NCBI GenBank assembly: GCA_043228905.1
Contig: JBHGNT010000005.1
Coordinates: 7,440,001 to 7,504,000 of the forward strand
Source: Azolla caroliniana
Lineage: Eukaryota > Plantae > Polypodiophyta
Direction: 5' to 3'
DNA length: 64,000 bases
A model generated the notes under the pieces. That model was not told the DNA's origin and made no database searches. It saw only the letters and a list, made by a program, of their open reading frames with translations. Position 1 is the first letter of the stretch. Each line of letters opens with the position of its first letter. Positions 24,801 through 36,400 of this stretch are shown piece by piece. Made by a program: the position numbers and the translations under genes.

Positions 24801-27190
24801 ACAAGATGCTATGCTCCCAAAAGAAGCTTGGGACAACTTGGTAAAACTGTTTGCTGTGAACACAAAGGCTAGAAAGCTCCAGTTAAAGACTGAGCTAAAT
24901 ACCTTGGAGAAAGGTAAGATGTCAATAAATGAATATGCCCTAAAAATCAAGAGTATATGTGAATCACTTGCTTCTATCAATGTGAAGATAGAAGATGATG
25001 ACAAAGTGGAAATATGCTTAAGAGGCTTAGGACCTCAATACAAGAGTTTTAAAACTTCTATGCTCACAAGGGATAGTATCCCAAGTTTTTCAGATCTGGT
25101 CTCAATGCTTGTGGTAGAGGAAAGGAATCAGATGGATGATGCAAATAAAGGAAACTCAGAGAACGAGGGGCAAGCCCTCTATAATAATGCCGGAAGAGGC
25201 CGAGGAAGAGGCCATGGAAGATTTGGCTCAGGAAGAACCAATAATAATGGCTTCCAAGGAAGAGGACAACAAGCTCATAGAGGAGGAAACAACAACAGAG
25301 GCAGGGGGAGCAACCGAGGTAGAGGTAAGCAAACTTATGTAAATGATGATGGCTGCTGGTATTGTGGTAAACCAGGCCATACACAGGCTGAATGTTACAA
25401 GAAAAAAAATGATGAGAAAAGAGGAAAAGGACAACAGAGTAACTATGCCTCTACTAGTGAAGATTGTGAAAAGGAAGGTGTTTTTGTAGTGCAACATGAG
25501 ATAGCAGCAGTGGCTGAAAGCTCACAGAAATGTAATGAAGAGTTTACGTGGTATGTAGACTCGGGGGCATCTAACCATATGACTAGACATGCAAATTGGT
25601 TTGAGAGTTTAAGAGAACCAGAGGTTCCTGGTTATGTACAAACAGGTGATGACACAACTCACCAAATAAAACATGTTGGAGATATCCCATAGTGGGAAGA
25701 AAGAGGAAAAACCAAGTATATGTTGAATGTGATGCATGTTCCAAACCTTGCTAAGAATCTGATTTCTGTTGGACAGATTGTAGAGCAAGGTATGCAAGTG
25801 AAGTTTAAGCAAAGTGGATGCTATATAGAAAAGAATGGGAAGCTCATTGCAAAAGGGAAGAGACAAGGAAGAATGTTTATCTTGGATGTAGAAATGCCCA
25901 AACAGATTTCAGCCATGTTTGCAAATGGAACGAGTGTAATCTCAGATGTGGAAATGTGGCATAAAAGGATTGGCCATATAAGTATGCAAACATTAAAGAA
26001 TATGTTGAGAAAAGATGCAGTGGCTGGACTGCCAAACTTGAAAAAGTGTGAAATGGGAAAAGTATGTGAAGCATGTCAATATGGTAAGCAAAACATGTTG
26101 CCATTCCCTCATGAGAGACATGTAAGCAAAAATCTGTTGGATTTGGTACATACAGATGTATGGGGACCAACAAAGAATGCATCTATTGGTGGATGCAGAT
26201 TTTATGTTACATTTATTGATGATTGTTCACGGAAGACATGGGTGTACTTCATGAAGGAGAAAAGTGAAGTATTTGACTGTTTTCGTAAGTTTAAATGCAT
26301 GGTAGAAAAGCAGGCTGGTACAAGGATAAAATGTTTGAGATCTGATGGAGGAGGAGAGTATTTCTCCAATGAATTTTCTGATTTTTTGTGTAATCAGGGA
26401 ATAAGAAGACAGTTCACATGCCGATATACTCCACAGCAAAATGGAGTTGCTGAGAGGAAAAACAGAACTTTGGTGAACATAGCAAGGGCAATGATGACTG
26501 AGAAGAACATGCCATTATACTATTGGGCAGAAGCTGTAAATACAGCAAATTACATTTTAAATAGATGTATTACATCAGGAGTACATGAGGCAACTCCTGA
26601 AGAGTGTTTTTATGGCAGGAAGCCTAGCTTACAACACTTGAAAGTGTTTGGATGCCTTGCATATGTACATGTGCCTGCAGAAGTAAGAAGTAAGTTGGAT
26701 CCAAAGGCAGAAAAATGTATTTTTGTTGGCTATTCAGAAGAACAAAAAGGGTATAGATGCTATAACCCTGTAACAAAGAAGATTGTGACAAGTAGGGATG
26801 TAATCTTTGATGAGTTAGCCAGCTGGTATAGTCCAAAACAGAATCCAGAGACTGATGAAGACAATGAGATTGAAGACAAAGACAGATCAGAAAATGTAGA
26901 AGACTGTCACAGAGATGGAGACAAGGTTGGACAGCAAAGTCCAACATCAACAGAATGTTCTGGACCATCAAAAAGCTCAGATGGTAAATCTGATTCAAAT
27001 TCATGGAGTGGAAAAACTGGACAGAAAAAATCTGATGACAAAAAAGGAAAACAGAAAATGCCAGAGTATGAAATCCCGGATGACCTATCAAAAAACATGG
27101 AAGATGAAGATTCAGATATGTCTTTGGATGAGTTCCTTGGAATACAGGAAATGAAAATCCCTGGTATGGAAAAGGCAATAAAGAATGCAA

Positions 27191-27398
27191 ATCAGAAACT
27201 GAGAAGATCAGATAGAGAGAAAAAGACTGTGGAAAGATTTGGGTATGATACATATATGGCTATGCACTATGCATATATGTCTAAGGTGGTACAGATCAGA
27301 AACTGAGAAGATCAGATAGAGAGAAAAAGACTGTGGAAAGATTTGGGTATGATACATATATGGCTATGCACTATGCATATATGTCTAAGGTGGTACAG
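27191..27398. repeat. Perfect 104-bp tandem duplication causing a frameshift
   Basis: ATCAGAAACTGAGAAG...GGTGGTACAG present twice, with ATC microhomology. Confidence 0.93.
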
Positions 27399-28101
27399 AT
27401 CCCTGACCCAAACAGCTTTGAAGAAGCAAAATCTGAGAAGAAATGGATGGATGCAATGCAAGAAGAGATTGATGCATTGGCTGAGAACAAAACGTGGGAT
27501 TTAGTGAAGTTACCAAAAGAGAAAAATGTGGTAGGCTGCAAATGGGTCTACAAGACAAAGCATGACTCCAATGGGAATGTAAGTAGACATAAAGCAAGAT
27601 TGGTTGCAAAAGGATATGCTCAGATGCAAGGGATTGATTATGATGAGACTTTTGCACCGGTTGCAAAGATGGCAACCTTGAGAACACTACTTGCTGTAGG
27701 AGCAGCCAGAAAATGGTTTTTGCATCACATGGATGTAAAAAATGCCTTTTTACATGGTAACTTGGAAGAAGAAGTGTATATGAGTCAACCACCAGGTTTT
27801 GAAGATAAGAAACATCCTGATTATGTATGTAAGCTGAAAAAAGCTCTCTATGGACTGAAACAGGCACCAAGAGCATGGCACAGAGAACTTTCAGATTCTC
27901 TGAAAAATCTTGGTTTCAAAATGTCAAAAGCTGATCCTTCTTTGTATGTAAAAAGTGAAAATGATTGCATTGTTATTATTCTGATTTATGTAGATGATTT
28001 GATTATTGGAGGAGATTCCGTGGATGAAATAAGAAAGTTGAAAAAAAATCTGGAAATGCAGTTTCATATGAAAGATTTGGGAGATCTGAGATATTTTCTT
28101 G

Positions 28102-31100
28102 TGTCGCGAATAGACCCTCCTATTCACCTTCTTCACTCGGCCACAACCGAGTAAGCACGAATCGATGGAGCAGAAAATAGGAACCACACGGAGAAACAAA
28201 GAAAAAAAAAACGCGAACACAGGGATTAACGTGGAAAACCCTAGATGGGAAAAACCACGGGAGTACAAGACTCCAAACCAACACTATACAGAGAAGTATA
28301 CAATGGCGAGCTGCAAGGCAACGACCTTGAGCTCGCTTTCTTCGCCACAGGCGGCGGAAATACACAGAGGCGTCGACCTCTTCTTCTCTCGCGCTCTTTC
28401 TCTCTCTCTCTCTCTCTCGCGGCTGCTCTCTCTTCGCTCCTCTTAAGTGGAAAAACAGAAAAATGAGTAGCAACATAAAACTGTTTGCCCTAAGTCATAT
28501 TTATACACATATGACTTAGGGCTATTTACAACTATAGCCTCAAGGGCCCTTGGCAAACATATTCACAGATATGTCCCCGCATCCGGATCTCTCTCCGGGT
28601 ACATTCGTCATCTGGCTCCGACGCCGGGGTCTTCATCATCCGGTTCCGAAACCGCAACCGGGCTTGTCGTCATTCATCTCCGACATCCGACCATCCCATC
28701 CGAAAGGGACCGTAATCCCAACAAACTCCCCCTTCACTTCGGCATGGGATGTCTCTCCAATCCGATCCTCTTCCGGCATGCTTCCAGCTTGTCGGGTGTG
28801 AGCACCTTGGTCAGCATATCCGACCCGTTCTCGTCCGTGTGGATCTTCGTCAGCACGAACTCCTTGTCTTCTATCCTTTCCCGGATCCAGTGATATCTTC
28901 GCTGGATGTGCTTCGTCCGGGAGTGATAGGCCGCGTTCTTCGCAAGGTGGATTGCGCTCTGACTGTCGCAGTAGAGTCGGTACTCCTCCTGTCGGATACC
29001 GAGCTCTCTAATGAAGTCCTTCATCCATATCATTTCCTTGCCGGCTTCAACAGCCGCCATGTACTCCGCCTCCGTGGTTGACAACGCAACCGTCTTCTGC
29101 AGCCTCGACTGCCATGAAACAGCTCCACCTGCATACGTCATCACATACCCTGATGTGGACCGGCTGGTATCTGCATCAGCCGACATATCCGAATCGGTGA
29201 AGCCGTCGAGTTCGGGCTTACCGGAGCCGAATCGGAGGCACACGTTTGCCGTGCCCTTCAGGTATCGGAGTATCCACTTGGCCGCGTTCCAATGCTCTTT
29301 GCCGGGATTGCTCATGTACCGGCTCACCACTCCGACTGCATATCTGATGTCCGGTCTCGTACACACCATGGCGTACATCAAGCTCCCGACGGCTGAGGCA
29401 TACGGCACTTTCATCATATCCTCCTTTCCAGCCTTTGTCTTGGGACTTTGCTTGCTGGACAGCTTGCAGTTTGCCGGGAGGGTCGATCCGACCGGTCTTG
29501 CTTCCGACATGTTGAACCGGTGAAGCACCTTCGTCACGTACTTCTCCTGTGACAGCCACAACTGCCTCTTCTTCCGGTCCCGGATGATGTGCATCCCTAG
29601 TATTTGCCTCGCCGGACCCAGGTCCTTCATTGAGAAGGTTCGGTGAAGAGCCTTCTTCAGCATCCGTATCTTCACCTGGTCCCGTCCGACGATCAACATG
29701 TCGTCCACGTACAGGAGGAGTATTAGAAAGTCTCCTCCTTCGAACTTCTTCACAAACACGCAGTGGTCGGACTGCGTTTTGTGATACCCTTCGTCGGTCA
29801 TGAAGGAGTCGAACTTCCGGTACCATTGCCGGGGAGCCTGCTTCAGTCCGTAAAGGCTCTTCTTCAATCGGCATACCAGGTGCTCCTTCCCTTTCTTCTC
29901 GAATCCTTCCGGTTGCTGCATGTAGATCTCTTCATCGAGGTCACCGTGAAGGAATGCCGTCTTCACGTCCATCTGTTCTACCTCGAGGTCCATGCTTGCC
30001 GCTATGCTCAGCACCGTCCGGATGGAGGTCATCTTCACTACCGGGGCAAATATCTCGTCGAAATCGACGCCCTTCTTCTGCTGAAACCCCTTCACCACGA
30101 CCCTGGCTTTGTATCTCGGGGGGTTTCCGGCATCTCCCGGTTTCAGCTTGAACACCCACTTGTTTCGAAGTGCCCGCTTTCCTTTCGGCAACTCCACAAG
30201 TTCATATGTGTGGTTCTCATGCAGGGAATCCATCTCGTCCTGCATGGCACTCAACCACATGCGGCTCTGGGTGTCGTGCTTTGCTTCTTCAAAGCTCTCC
30301 GGCTCCCCCTCGTCGGTTAGCAGCACGTGCTCTGGATCCGGAAATCTCTGGGGGGCCCTCCTCTCTCTTAGAGGATATCTCCGTTCGGGAGCTTCGGTAA
30401 CCGGTTCTTCCGATTCTTCTTCTTCATCCGAATCCATTTCGGGATCGGGGCCGGTTCCGGTATCATTTTCATCTTCTTCAGCCGGTTCTGTTTCTTCACC
30501 GTCTTCGGCCGGATCCTTGAGTGCTAACCGGTCCCTTGCCGGTCGGGACTGCTCCTCGTAGAGTTGATCCTCACCGGTCGACTTGGAGCTCTTCATCTTC
30601 TTCTCCGACTCCAAATCGGCGAGTGTCTTGTCCTCCATGAAGATGATGTCTCGACTCCTGAATATCTTCTTGTCGACCGGGTCCCATACTCGGTAGCCGA
30701 ACTCGTCGTCGCCGTAACCGAGGAATATGCATGGCCGGGTCTTTGGATCTAGCTTTCCTCTCCGGTCCTTTGCCACATGCACGTATGCGAGACACCCGAA
30801 CACCTTCAGGTGCCGGTAGGACACTTCCTTACCGGTCCACACTCTCTGCGGCGTGTCTCCGTCCAAAGGTACTGAGGGTGATCTGTTTATCACATATGTC
30901 GCCGTCGACATTGCCTCAGCCCAAAACCCCTTGGGTAATTTCGCATGCGCCAGCATACTCCGGACCCTCTCCATTATGGTCCGGTTCATCCTCTCGGCCA
31001 GCCCGTTCAGTTCCGGCGTCTTCGGCACAGTAAACTCGAGCCGGATTCCCTTCGAGCGACAGTACTCCTGGAACTGCCCCCGGTATTCCCCTCCGTTATC

Positions 31101-33459
31101 CGCTCGTATCGCTTTCAGCTTCTTGCCGGATTCCCTTTCCACTCTCGCGTGGAGTTCTTTGAAAACGCACAACACTTGGTCCTTTGTCTTCAACGGTGCC
31201 GTCCACAGCTTCCGGCTGTGATCATCGATGAACGTTACGAAGTACTGGGCTCCGCCATGTGACTTCGTTTCTACCTGACACACATCAGTGTGCACCAACT
31301 CCAATGGTGCGCTACGTCTCGTCGGTGGCCTTGAGTGGAAGGAGGTTCGGTTCTGCTTACCGGCCAGGCAATCGGTGCACTTCTCCAGGTGCACTTGCTT
31401 CACTGGAATAAGGTTGTCTTCTGCAAGCCTCTTCATCCCCTTCTCACTCATGTGGCACAGTCTTTTGTGCCACAGCTCACCGGCAGTGTCGGCTGCCACA
31501 TTCAGCTCTTCCGGACATAACCGGGCATTCATAAGGTACAGTGTGTTGACTTTCCGGGCCCGAGCCACTATCAGGCTCCCCTTGCTGAACTTCATTACGC
31601 CGTTCCGGATGCTACCTGTGTAGCCTTCATCGTCTAGCCTCCCGGCCGAAATCAAGTTCAATCGAACCTCCGGAACGTGTCGGACATCCTTCAGCAGCAT
31701 TTTGCATCCGGTCGGGGTTGTCAACCACACGTCTCCGATGCCGGCAATCCGGCACGTACCTTCATTTCCCATCCGAACACAGCCATGCTCACCGGCTGTG
31801 TAGGATGAGAAGTATCTTCTCTCCGGGGTCAGGTGGAACGATGCTCCGGAATCGACCACCCAGGTCGTCTCATCGCCGGCAATGTTTAGTTCACCTTCTT
31901 CAGTGATGAGCATGATTTCTTCCTCACTTGCCGCGAGTGCCGTCGTTCCTTTCCGGTCCTGCCCTCGCCGATCCGAACCTCTCCGGTCCGTGGCTCCCCG
32001 GTATGCACCGTTTCTCTCCGGTGACTTCTTCGAATCGGTGTCGTCGGCTCCGTTGTCTTTTCGGTAATGCCGACAATTCTTTCGGAAGTGCCCCGGCTTC
32101 CCACAGTGGAAGCATGTGGGCCTTCCTCTTGACTGCGACCGGGTCCCCGACTTCTCCCGTCTTTGCGGACTCCGGTTCCATTGTCTTCCCCGATCCGATT
32201 CGGTAAGCAGCGTCTTCGGGTCGGAGGCCGGTTCTTTATCCCTCCGACGCGCTTCTTCATTCAAAATACTCGTCTTTACCGTTTGCAAGGACAAGTTATC
32301 TTCTGTGCAGGAGGTGCTGAGAGTCACCACCAAGTTCTCCCAGCTTTCCGGCAATGTACACATCAGGATGATGGCTTGCATTGCATCCTCCAACGGGAAC
32401 TTGATCGCCGCAAGCTGATTCACGAATCCCATGAACGTGCTTACGTGTTCCACCATACTCTCGCCGTCTCGATACTTGAGGTTCACTATCTTCCTCATCA
32501 GGGAGGTCCGGTTCAACGCATTCTTCCTCTCGTAGAGGCCCGACAGCTTCTTCCACATCTCATATGCGTTGGTGTCGTTCGCCACATGTTGTAGGACGCT
32601 TACATCGACACATTGTCGGATCGTCGCTACGGCTTTCCGGTTCAGGAGCTTCCACTCCGACTCAAGTACCCCTTTCGGTATTTCCGACCTGTCAATCGGT
32701 TCGTACAGGTCCCGAACAATCAGAAGATCCTCCATCTTGATCTTCCAGTCGGTGTAATTCTGCGCATTCAGCACCATCATCCCCGGCTGCCCGCTGCCGC
32801 CGCCTTCCATTTTCTGCAACAGTCGCTCTGATACCAGTTTGTCGCGAATAGACCCTCCTATTCACCTTCTTCACTCGGCCACAACCGAGTAAGCACGAAT
32901 CGATGGAGCAGAAAATAGGAACCACACGGAGAAACAAAAAAAAAAAAAACGCGAACACAGGGATTAACGTGGAAAACCCTAGATGGGAAAAACCACGGGA
33001 GTACAAGACTCCAAACCAACACTATACAGAGAAGTATACAATGGCGAGCTGCAAGGCAACGACCTTGAGCTCGCTTTCTTCGCCACAGGCGGCGGAAATA
33101 CACAGAGGCGTCGACCTCTTCTTCTCTCGCGCTCTTTCTCTCTCTCTCTCTCTCGCGGCTGCTCTCTCTTCGCTCCTCTTAAGTGGAAAAACAGAAAAAT
33201 GAGTAGCAACATAAAACTGTTTGCCCTAAGTCATATTTATACACATATGACTTAGGGCTATTTACAACTATAGCCTCAAGGGCCCTTGGCAAACATATTC
33301 ACAGATATGTCCCCGCATCCGGATCTCTCTCCGGGTACATTCGTCATCTGGCTCCGACGCCGGGGTCTTCATCATCCGGTTCCGAAACCGCAACCGGGCT
33401 TGTCGTCATTCATCTCCGACATCCGACCATCCCATCCGAAAGGGACCGTAATCCCAACA
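28102..33459 (-). mobile_element. Copia B (Tnt1/Tork-like), very young and intact
   Basis: LTRs 28102-28723 and 32840-33459 differ by one visible substitution and one CT unit; perfect TSD TCTTG; Met PBS at 32825-32836; PPT AGTGAAGGGGGAG. Confidence 0.97.
28734..32810 (-). CDS. Copia B intact gag-pol polyprotein (~1358 aa)
   Basis: Uninterrupted ORF: CFHCGKPGH, WVVDSGAS, LWHKRLCH, rve (DNGGEY, NGLAER), RT LLYVDDML, RNase H (RTKHI, SDMLTK). Confidence 0.97.
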   Translation of the reverse strand: MEGGGSGQPGMMVLNAQNYTDWKIKMEDLLIVRDLYEPIDRSEIPKGVLESEWKLLNRKAVATIRQCVDVSVLQHVANDTNAYEMWKKLSGLYERKNALNRTSLMRKIVNLKYRDGESMVEHVSTFMGFVNQLAAIKFPLEDAMQAIILMCTLPESWENLVVTLSTSCTEDNLSLQTVKTSILNEEARRRDKEPASDPKTLLTESDRGRQWNRSPQRREKSGTRSQSRGRPTCFHCGKPGHFRKNCRHYRKDNGADDTDSKKSPERNGAYRGATDRRGSDRRGQDRKGTTALAASEEEIMLITEEGELNIAGDETTWVVDSGASFHLTPERRYFSSYTAGEHGCVRMGNEGTCRIAGIGDVWLTTPTGCKMLLKDVRHVPEVRLNLISAGRLDDEGYTGSIRNGVMKFSKGSLIVARARKVNTLYLMNARLCPEELNVAADTAGELWHKRLCHMSEKGMKRLAEDNLIPVKQVHLEKCTDCLAGKQNRTSFHSRPPTRRSAPLELVHTDVCQVETKSHGGAQYFVTFIDDHSRKLWTAPLKTKDQVLCVFKELHARVERESGKKLKAIRADNGGEYRGQFQEYCRSKGIRLEFTVPKTPELNGLAERMNRTIMERVRSMLAHAKLPKGFWAEAMSTATYVINRSPSVPLDGDTPQRVWTGKEVSYRHLKVFGCLAYVHVAKDRRGKLDPKTRPCIFLGYGDDEFGYRVWDPVDKKIFRSRDIIFMEDKTLADLESEKKMKSSKSTGEDQLYEEQSRPARDRLALKDPAEDGEETEPAEEDENDTGTGPDPEMDSDEEEESEEPVTEAPERRYPLRERRAPQRFPDPEHVLLTDEGEPESFEEAKHDTQSRMWLSAMQDEMDSLHENHTYELVELPKGKRALRNKWVFKLKPGDAGNPPRYKARVVVKGFQQKKGVDFDEIFAPVVKMTSIRTVLSIAASMDLEVEQMDVKTAFLHGDLDEEIYMQQPEGFEKKGKEHLVCRLKKSLYGLKQAPRQWYRKFDSFMTDEGYHKTQSDHCVFVKKFEGGDFLILLLYVDDMLIVGRDQVKIRMLKKALHRTFSMKDLGPARQILGMHIIRDRKKRQLWLSQEKYVTKVLHRFNMSEARPVGSTLPANCKLSSKQSPKTKAGKEDMMKVPYASAVGSLMYAMVCTRPDIRYAVGVVSRYMSNPGKEHWNAAKWILRYLKGTANVCLRFGSGKPELDGFTDSDMSADADTSRSTSGYVMTYAGGAVSWQSRLQKTVALSTTEAEYMAAVEAGKEMIWMKDFIRELGIRQEEYRLYCDSQSAIHLAKNAAYHSRTKHIQRRYHWIRERIEDKEFVLTKIHTDENGSDMLTKVLTPDKLEACRKRIGLERHPMPK

Positions 33460-36400
33460 TCTTGGTATTGAAATCATCAGATCTGAAAGTGGTATATGTA
33501 TGTTGCAAAAACAGTATGCAACAACTATGTTGAAAAAGTATGGTATGCTTGGATGCAAACCTATTGCTGTACCACTTGATAAAAACTGCAAGTTGAGGGC
33601 TGATTTGGGAGCCAAGATAGAAGATGTAAACATGTACAGGTCTATGGTGGGCAGCCTTATTTATTTGACCATAACAAGACCTGATTTGAGTTATGCAGTT
33701 GGATTAGTTAGCCAATTTATGCAACAGCCAACAAAGCCGCATTTGGACTGCATTAGAAGAATTCTGAGGTATGTAAAAGCTACTCAGAACTATGGATTGT
33801 TTTACAGGGCTGATTTGGACATAAATCTGGAAGGATATACAAATGCTGATTGGGCTGGAAGCCAAACAGATAGAAGATCCACAAGTGGATATATCTTTAC
33901 ATTGGGAAGTGCAGGTATTTCATGGAGTAGCAAGAAACAGGCTACTGTTGCATTGTCTAGTACTGAAGCTGAGTACAGAGGAGCTGCCATAGCCACTTGT
34001 GAAGAGGTATGGGTTAGAAGATTGCTTGCTGATTTGGGAGAGTATATAGACGGTACTGTCACAATCTGGTGTGACAACATGAGCAGCATTCAACTTGCAA
34101 AGAACCCTGTGTTCCATGCAAGAACAAAGCACATTGAAGTGCATTATCACTTTGTTAGAGAAAAAGTGATTGAAGGAGAAGTTGATCTGGTGTATGTGAA
34201 TACAAATCAGCAGGTTGCTGATATTCTCACAAAGGGATTGAGTGTGGAAAAGCATACACAGTTTCGGAACATGATGGGAGTTGTAGACATTGATATGATG
34301 GCTGAAAAGCATCATGAAAAAGAAGTTGTAGATAACCCCAAGAAAGGATAAGTTGAGCTTGAGGGGGAGTGTTGAGAAGCAAGCTCAACATGGTATGTGA
34401 TGCTTATGAGAAATAAGCTATAGTAGCTATTTAGCTACTAGTGAACAAAAAGGTAAAACAACTATTTAGCTAGTGACAGCTAATTAGCTAGTGAACAGCT
34501 ATTTAGCGACTGACAGCTAATTAGCTACTGGCAGCTAATTAGCTGCATGTGTAATAACTTATGACTTAGGTAAAAGTAAGAGTGAGTGAATAGAAAGGTA
34601 GTAGTAGAGAAAAAAACAGAGAATAGTGAGTAGAGAACTCTGAGAGAGAGTGAGAGACCAGAAGACTGACGAGAACAAGTTGAGCTCTACATGTAATAGA
34701 AGAAAACCATTTTGCTACTACAAAGGTAAGTCCCCTTTCCTTTCTCTATCTGTTTAGAGCACGCTAACGATCCAGCACACTACGATCCGCCGTGCATACA
34801 GAAGAAGAGCCCGAGTGCCTTCTTCACGTTTTCTTAACAGGGACCGGGCCCGACCCCGACGCGCTTCCGTCGCTCCAATCGCGCCGTTTGTCGAAACGGC
34901 TACAGACCCGTTTTACCACGGCCCAATCCGTCATGAGCCCTTCGTCCATTTCCAATAGGGGACCCACCTTTTCCCTGTCGAGCGCATCCACCGACTTGAC
35001 AAACAGCAGCACTGGACTTGTTTCGAGCACCGTCTGGTCCATCGTCGACAGCCGCGCGAACCGTTTTTCGAACTCCTGGAGGAGCACCGACGTGTTCCTC
35101 CCTTTTCCGGGGCTTTCCACCCATGCAAGGAAGTCCCGCCTTGACAACCGGAGCGAGTCGTCAAACCCGTACTTCTCGAGGAGCTGCAGCTCAAACTCCT
35201 CCCAAGTCTGGCATCCGGCCAGCACCTCGAGCACCTCCGCATGGATGCCCGGCGTCACCACCCGAGGGAATCCGGACAACCGCCTGTCCACCGGGATATC
35301 CCTCATGATCATTTCGGCCCAGTAAGCCTCCAAATAACTTGTGGCGTCTTTCCCTCCGAAACGGCCTATAGAGCCGACAATCGATTCAATGGCTCTGTCG
35401 AGGGTACCCGTTCCCTCACGAGCGCTCACCAGCCGGTCGACGGCCACCGCCATTGCCTCTGCTAGCTCCGATCCCCTCATCTTTCGACTCCTTTGCCGCC
35501 CTTTCACGTCGGGTTCACCAAATATGTCGCGTTGTTACGCACGTATGTGTAGAAAGGGGCGGGACCATGGGGGTCTTGGACCGAGGAGCGAGAGAGAGAC
35601 AAACTGAGAGAGAGAGAGATTCACCGACACGTAGAAGTGAGAAAGAGAGAAACAGAACACAACACTTAATTATAATGACAGGGATTACAAACTTCGACGA
35701 TTACAACCGACAAAGCGGCGACGGGCCCGACACGGGGACCTTACTCACGCACACCGACGACAATCACCGACTCAAGGAAACAAAGGGGAAGGGGAGCGAC
35801 TCTGCTGGAAGCGCACGGGCTGTCCACGAAGCAGAGGCAGCGGCCTCCCAACACCCGCAGGGAGTGATGATTCGAGTCGTAGAGAGAGAGCTCCACCTTC
35901 CGTTCTGCAGCCACCTCCCTCCTCCTCCTCCTCGCGCGCGATATCGTTCTTCTCTTCTCCTCTGGCCTTTATTCCCTGTCCCCCCCCCTGACCGGGATAC
36001 GCACAATCCCCTCTAATAAATGCGTGCAGCTTAGTAGTTACATCCACCGGTTCGCGTGCAAAGTATCCAGTCACGCGTTCATCCGTGTAAGGCCCGGTTT
36101 ACGCGCTTTCTCTCCAATTCCGCCTATGGCCGGTTTTCTTCACGACACCGTGGTGAGAATTTACCATAGTATTCTATACATGTGGATAAGTGTGAGGGTT
36201 AAACGAGAGTGTAAAGAATACTATGGTAATTCTCACCACAGGATATTATATGGTCATGCCCATAACACTAGCTACCCTCATTTCATCATCTTTTGACTAC
36301 GTCGAGACTCTATTTCATGGTGGTTCAACTATTGTAGTGAGCGCGCCAGCACCAGGTACAACTTGACGCCACGACGGTGGTATGGGACGCCAATCGAGGC

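Larger units (their letters stand above)
24538..34351 (+). pseudogene. Copia A gag-pol, disrupted by a stop (25690), a 104-bp duplication (27191-27398) and the Copia B insertion
   Basis: CWYCGKPGH zinc knuckle, WYVDSGAS protease, GAG-pre-integrase/rve, RT YVDD, RNase H; segments 24538-27306, 27333-28101, 33465-34351. Confidence 0.95.
23924..34839 (+). mobile_element. Copia A, full-length LTR retrotransposon inserted in the Trp-Gypsy gag
   Basis: 470-bp LTRs at 23924-24393 and 34370-34839; TSD GGGAC both sides; PBS TGGTATCAGAGC at 24394; PPT GAGGGGGAG at 34361. Confidence 0.97.
19139..36147 (-). mobile_element. Non-chromovirus Ty3/Gypsy with tRNA-Trp PBS, degenerate
   Basis: 623-bp LTRs TGTCG...CGACA at 19139-19761 and 35525-36147; PBS TGGTGAACCCGACGTGA (35504-35520, minus); PPT GGTGGGGGGTGGA; 4-bp TSD CCGT. 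gag 34845-35480 and 22733-23918 (CWCD..GH..KDC, protease LVDHGS); RT 21198-21800 (FFDD); RH 20460-21140; partial IN 19831-20487. Confidence 0.92.
19109..36267. mobile_element. ~146-bp fold-back mini-element made of two inverted LTR left ends (19109-19138 plus 36152-36267), later split by the Trp-Gypsy
   Basis: 36215-36267 is the reverse complement of the first ~54 nt of the family LTR. Ends are TGTTA...TAACA; degenerate TSD ATAGT/CTAGC; host LTR resumes at 36268. Confidence 0.8.

Noticed and set aside
28749-32831. Many + strand ORFs of 60-185 aa
   Set aside because: Antisense shadows of the GC-rich Copia B polyprotein with no domain motifs.
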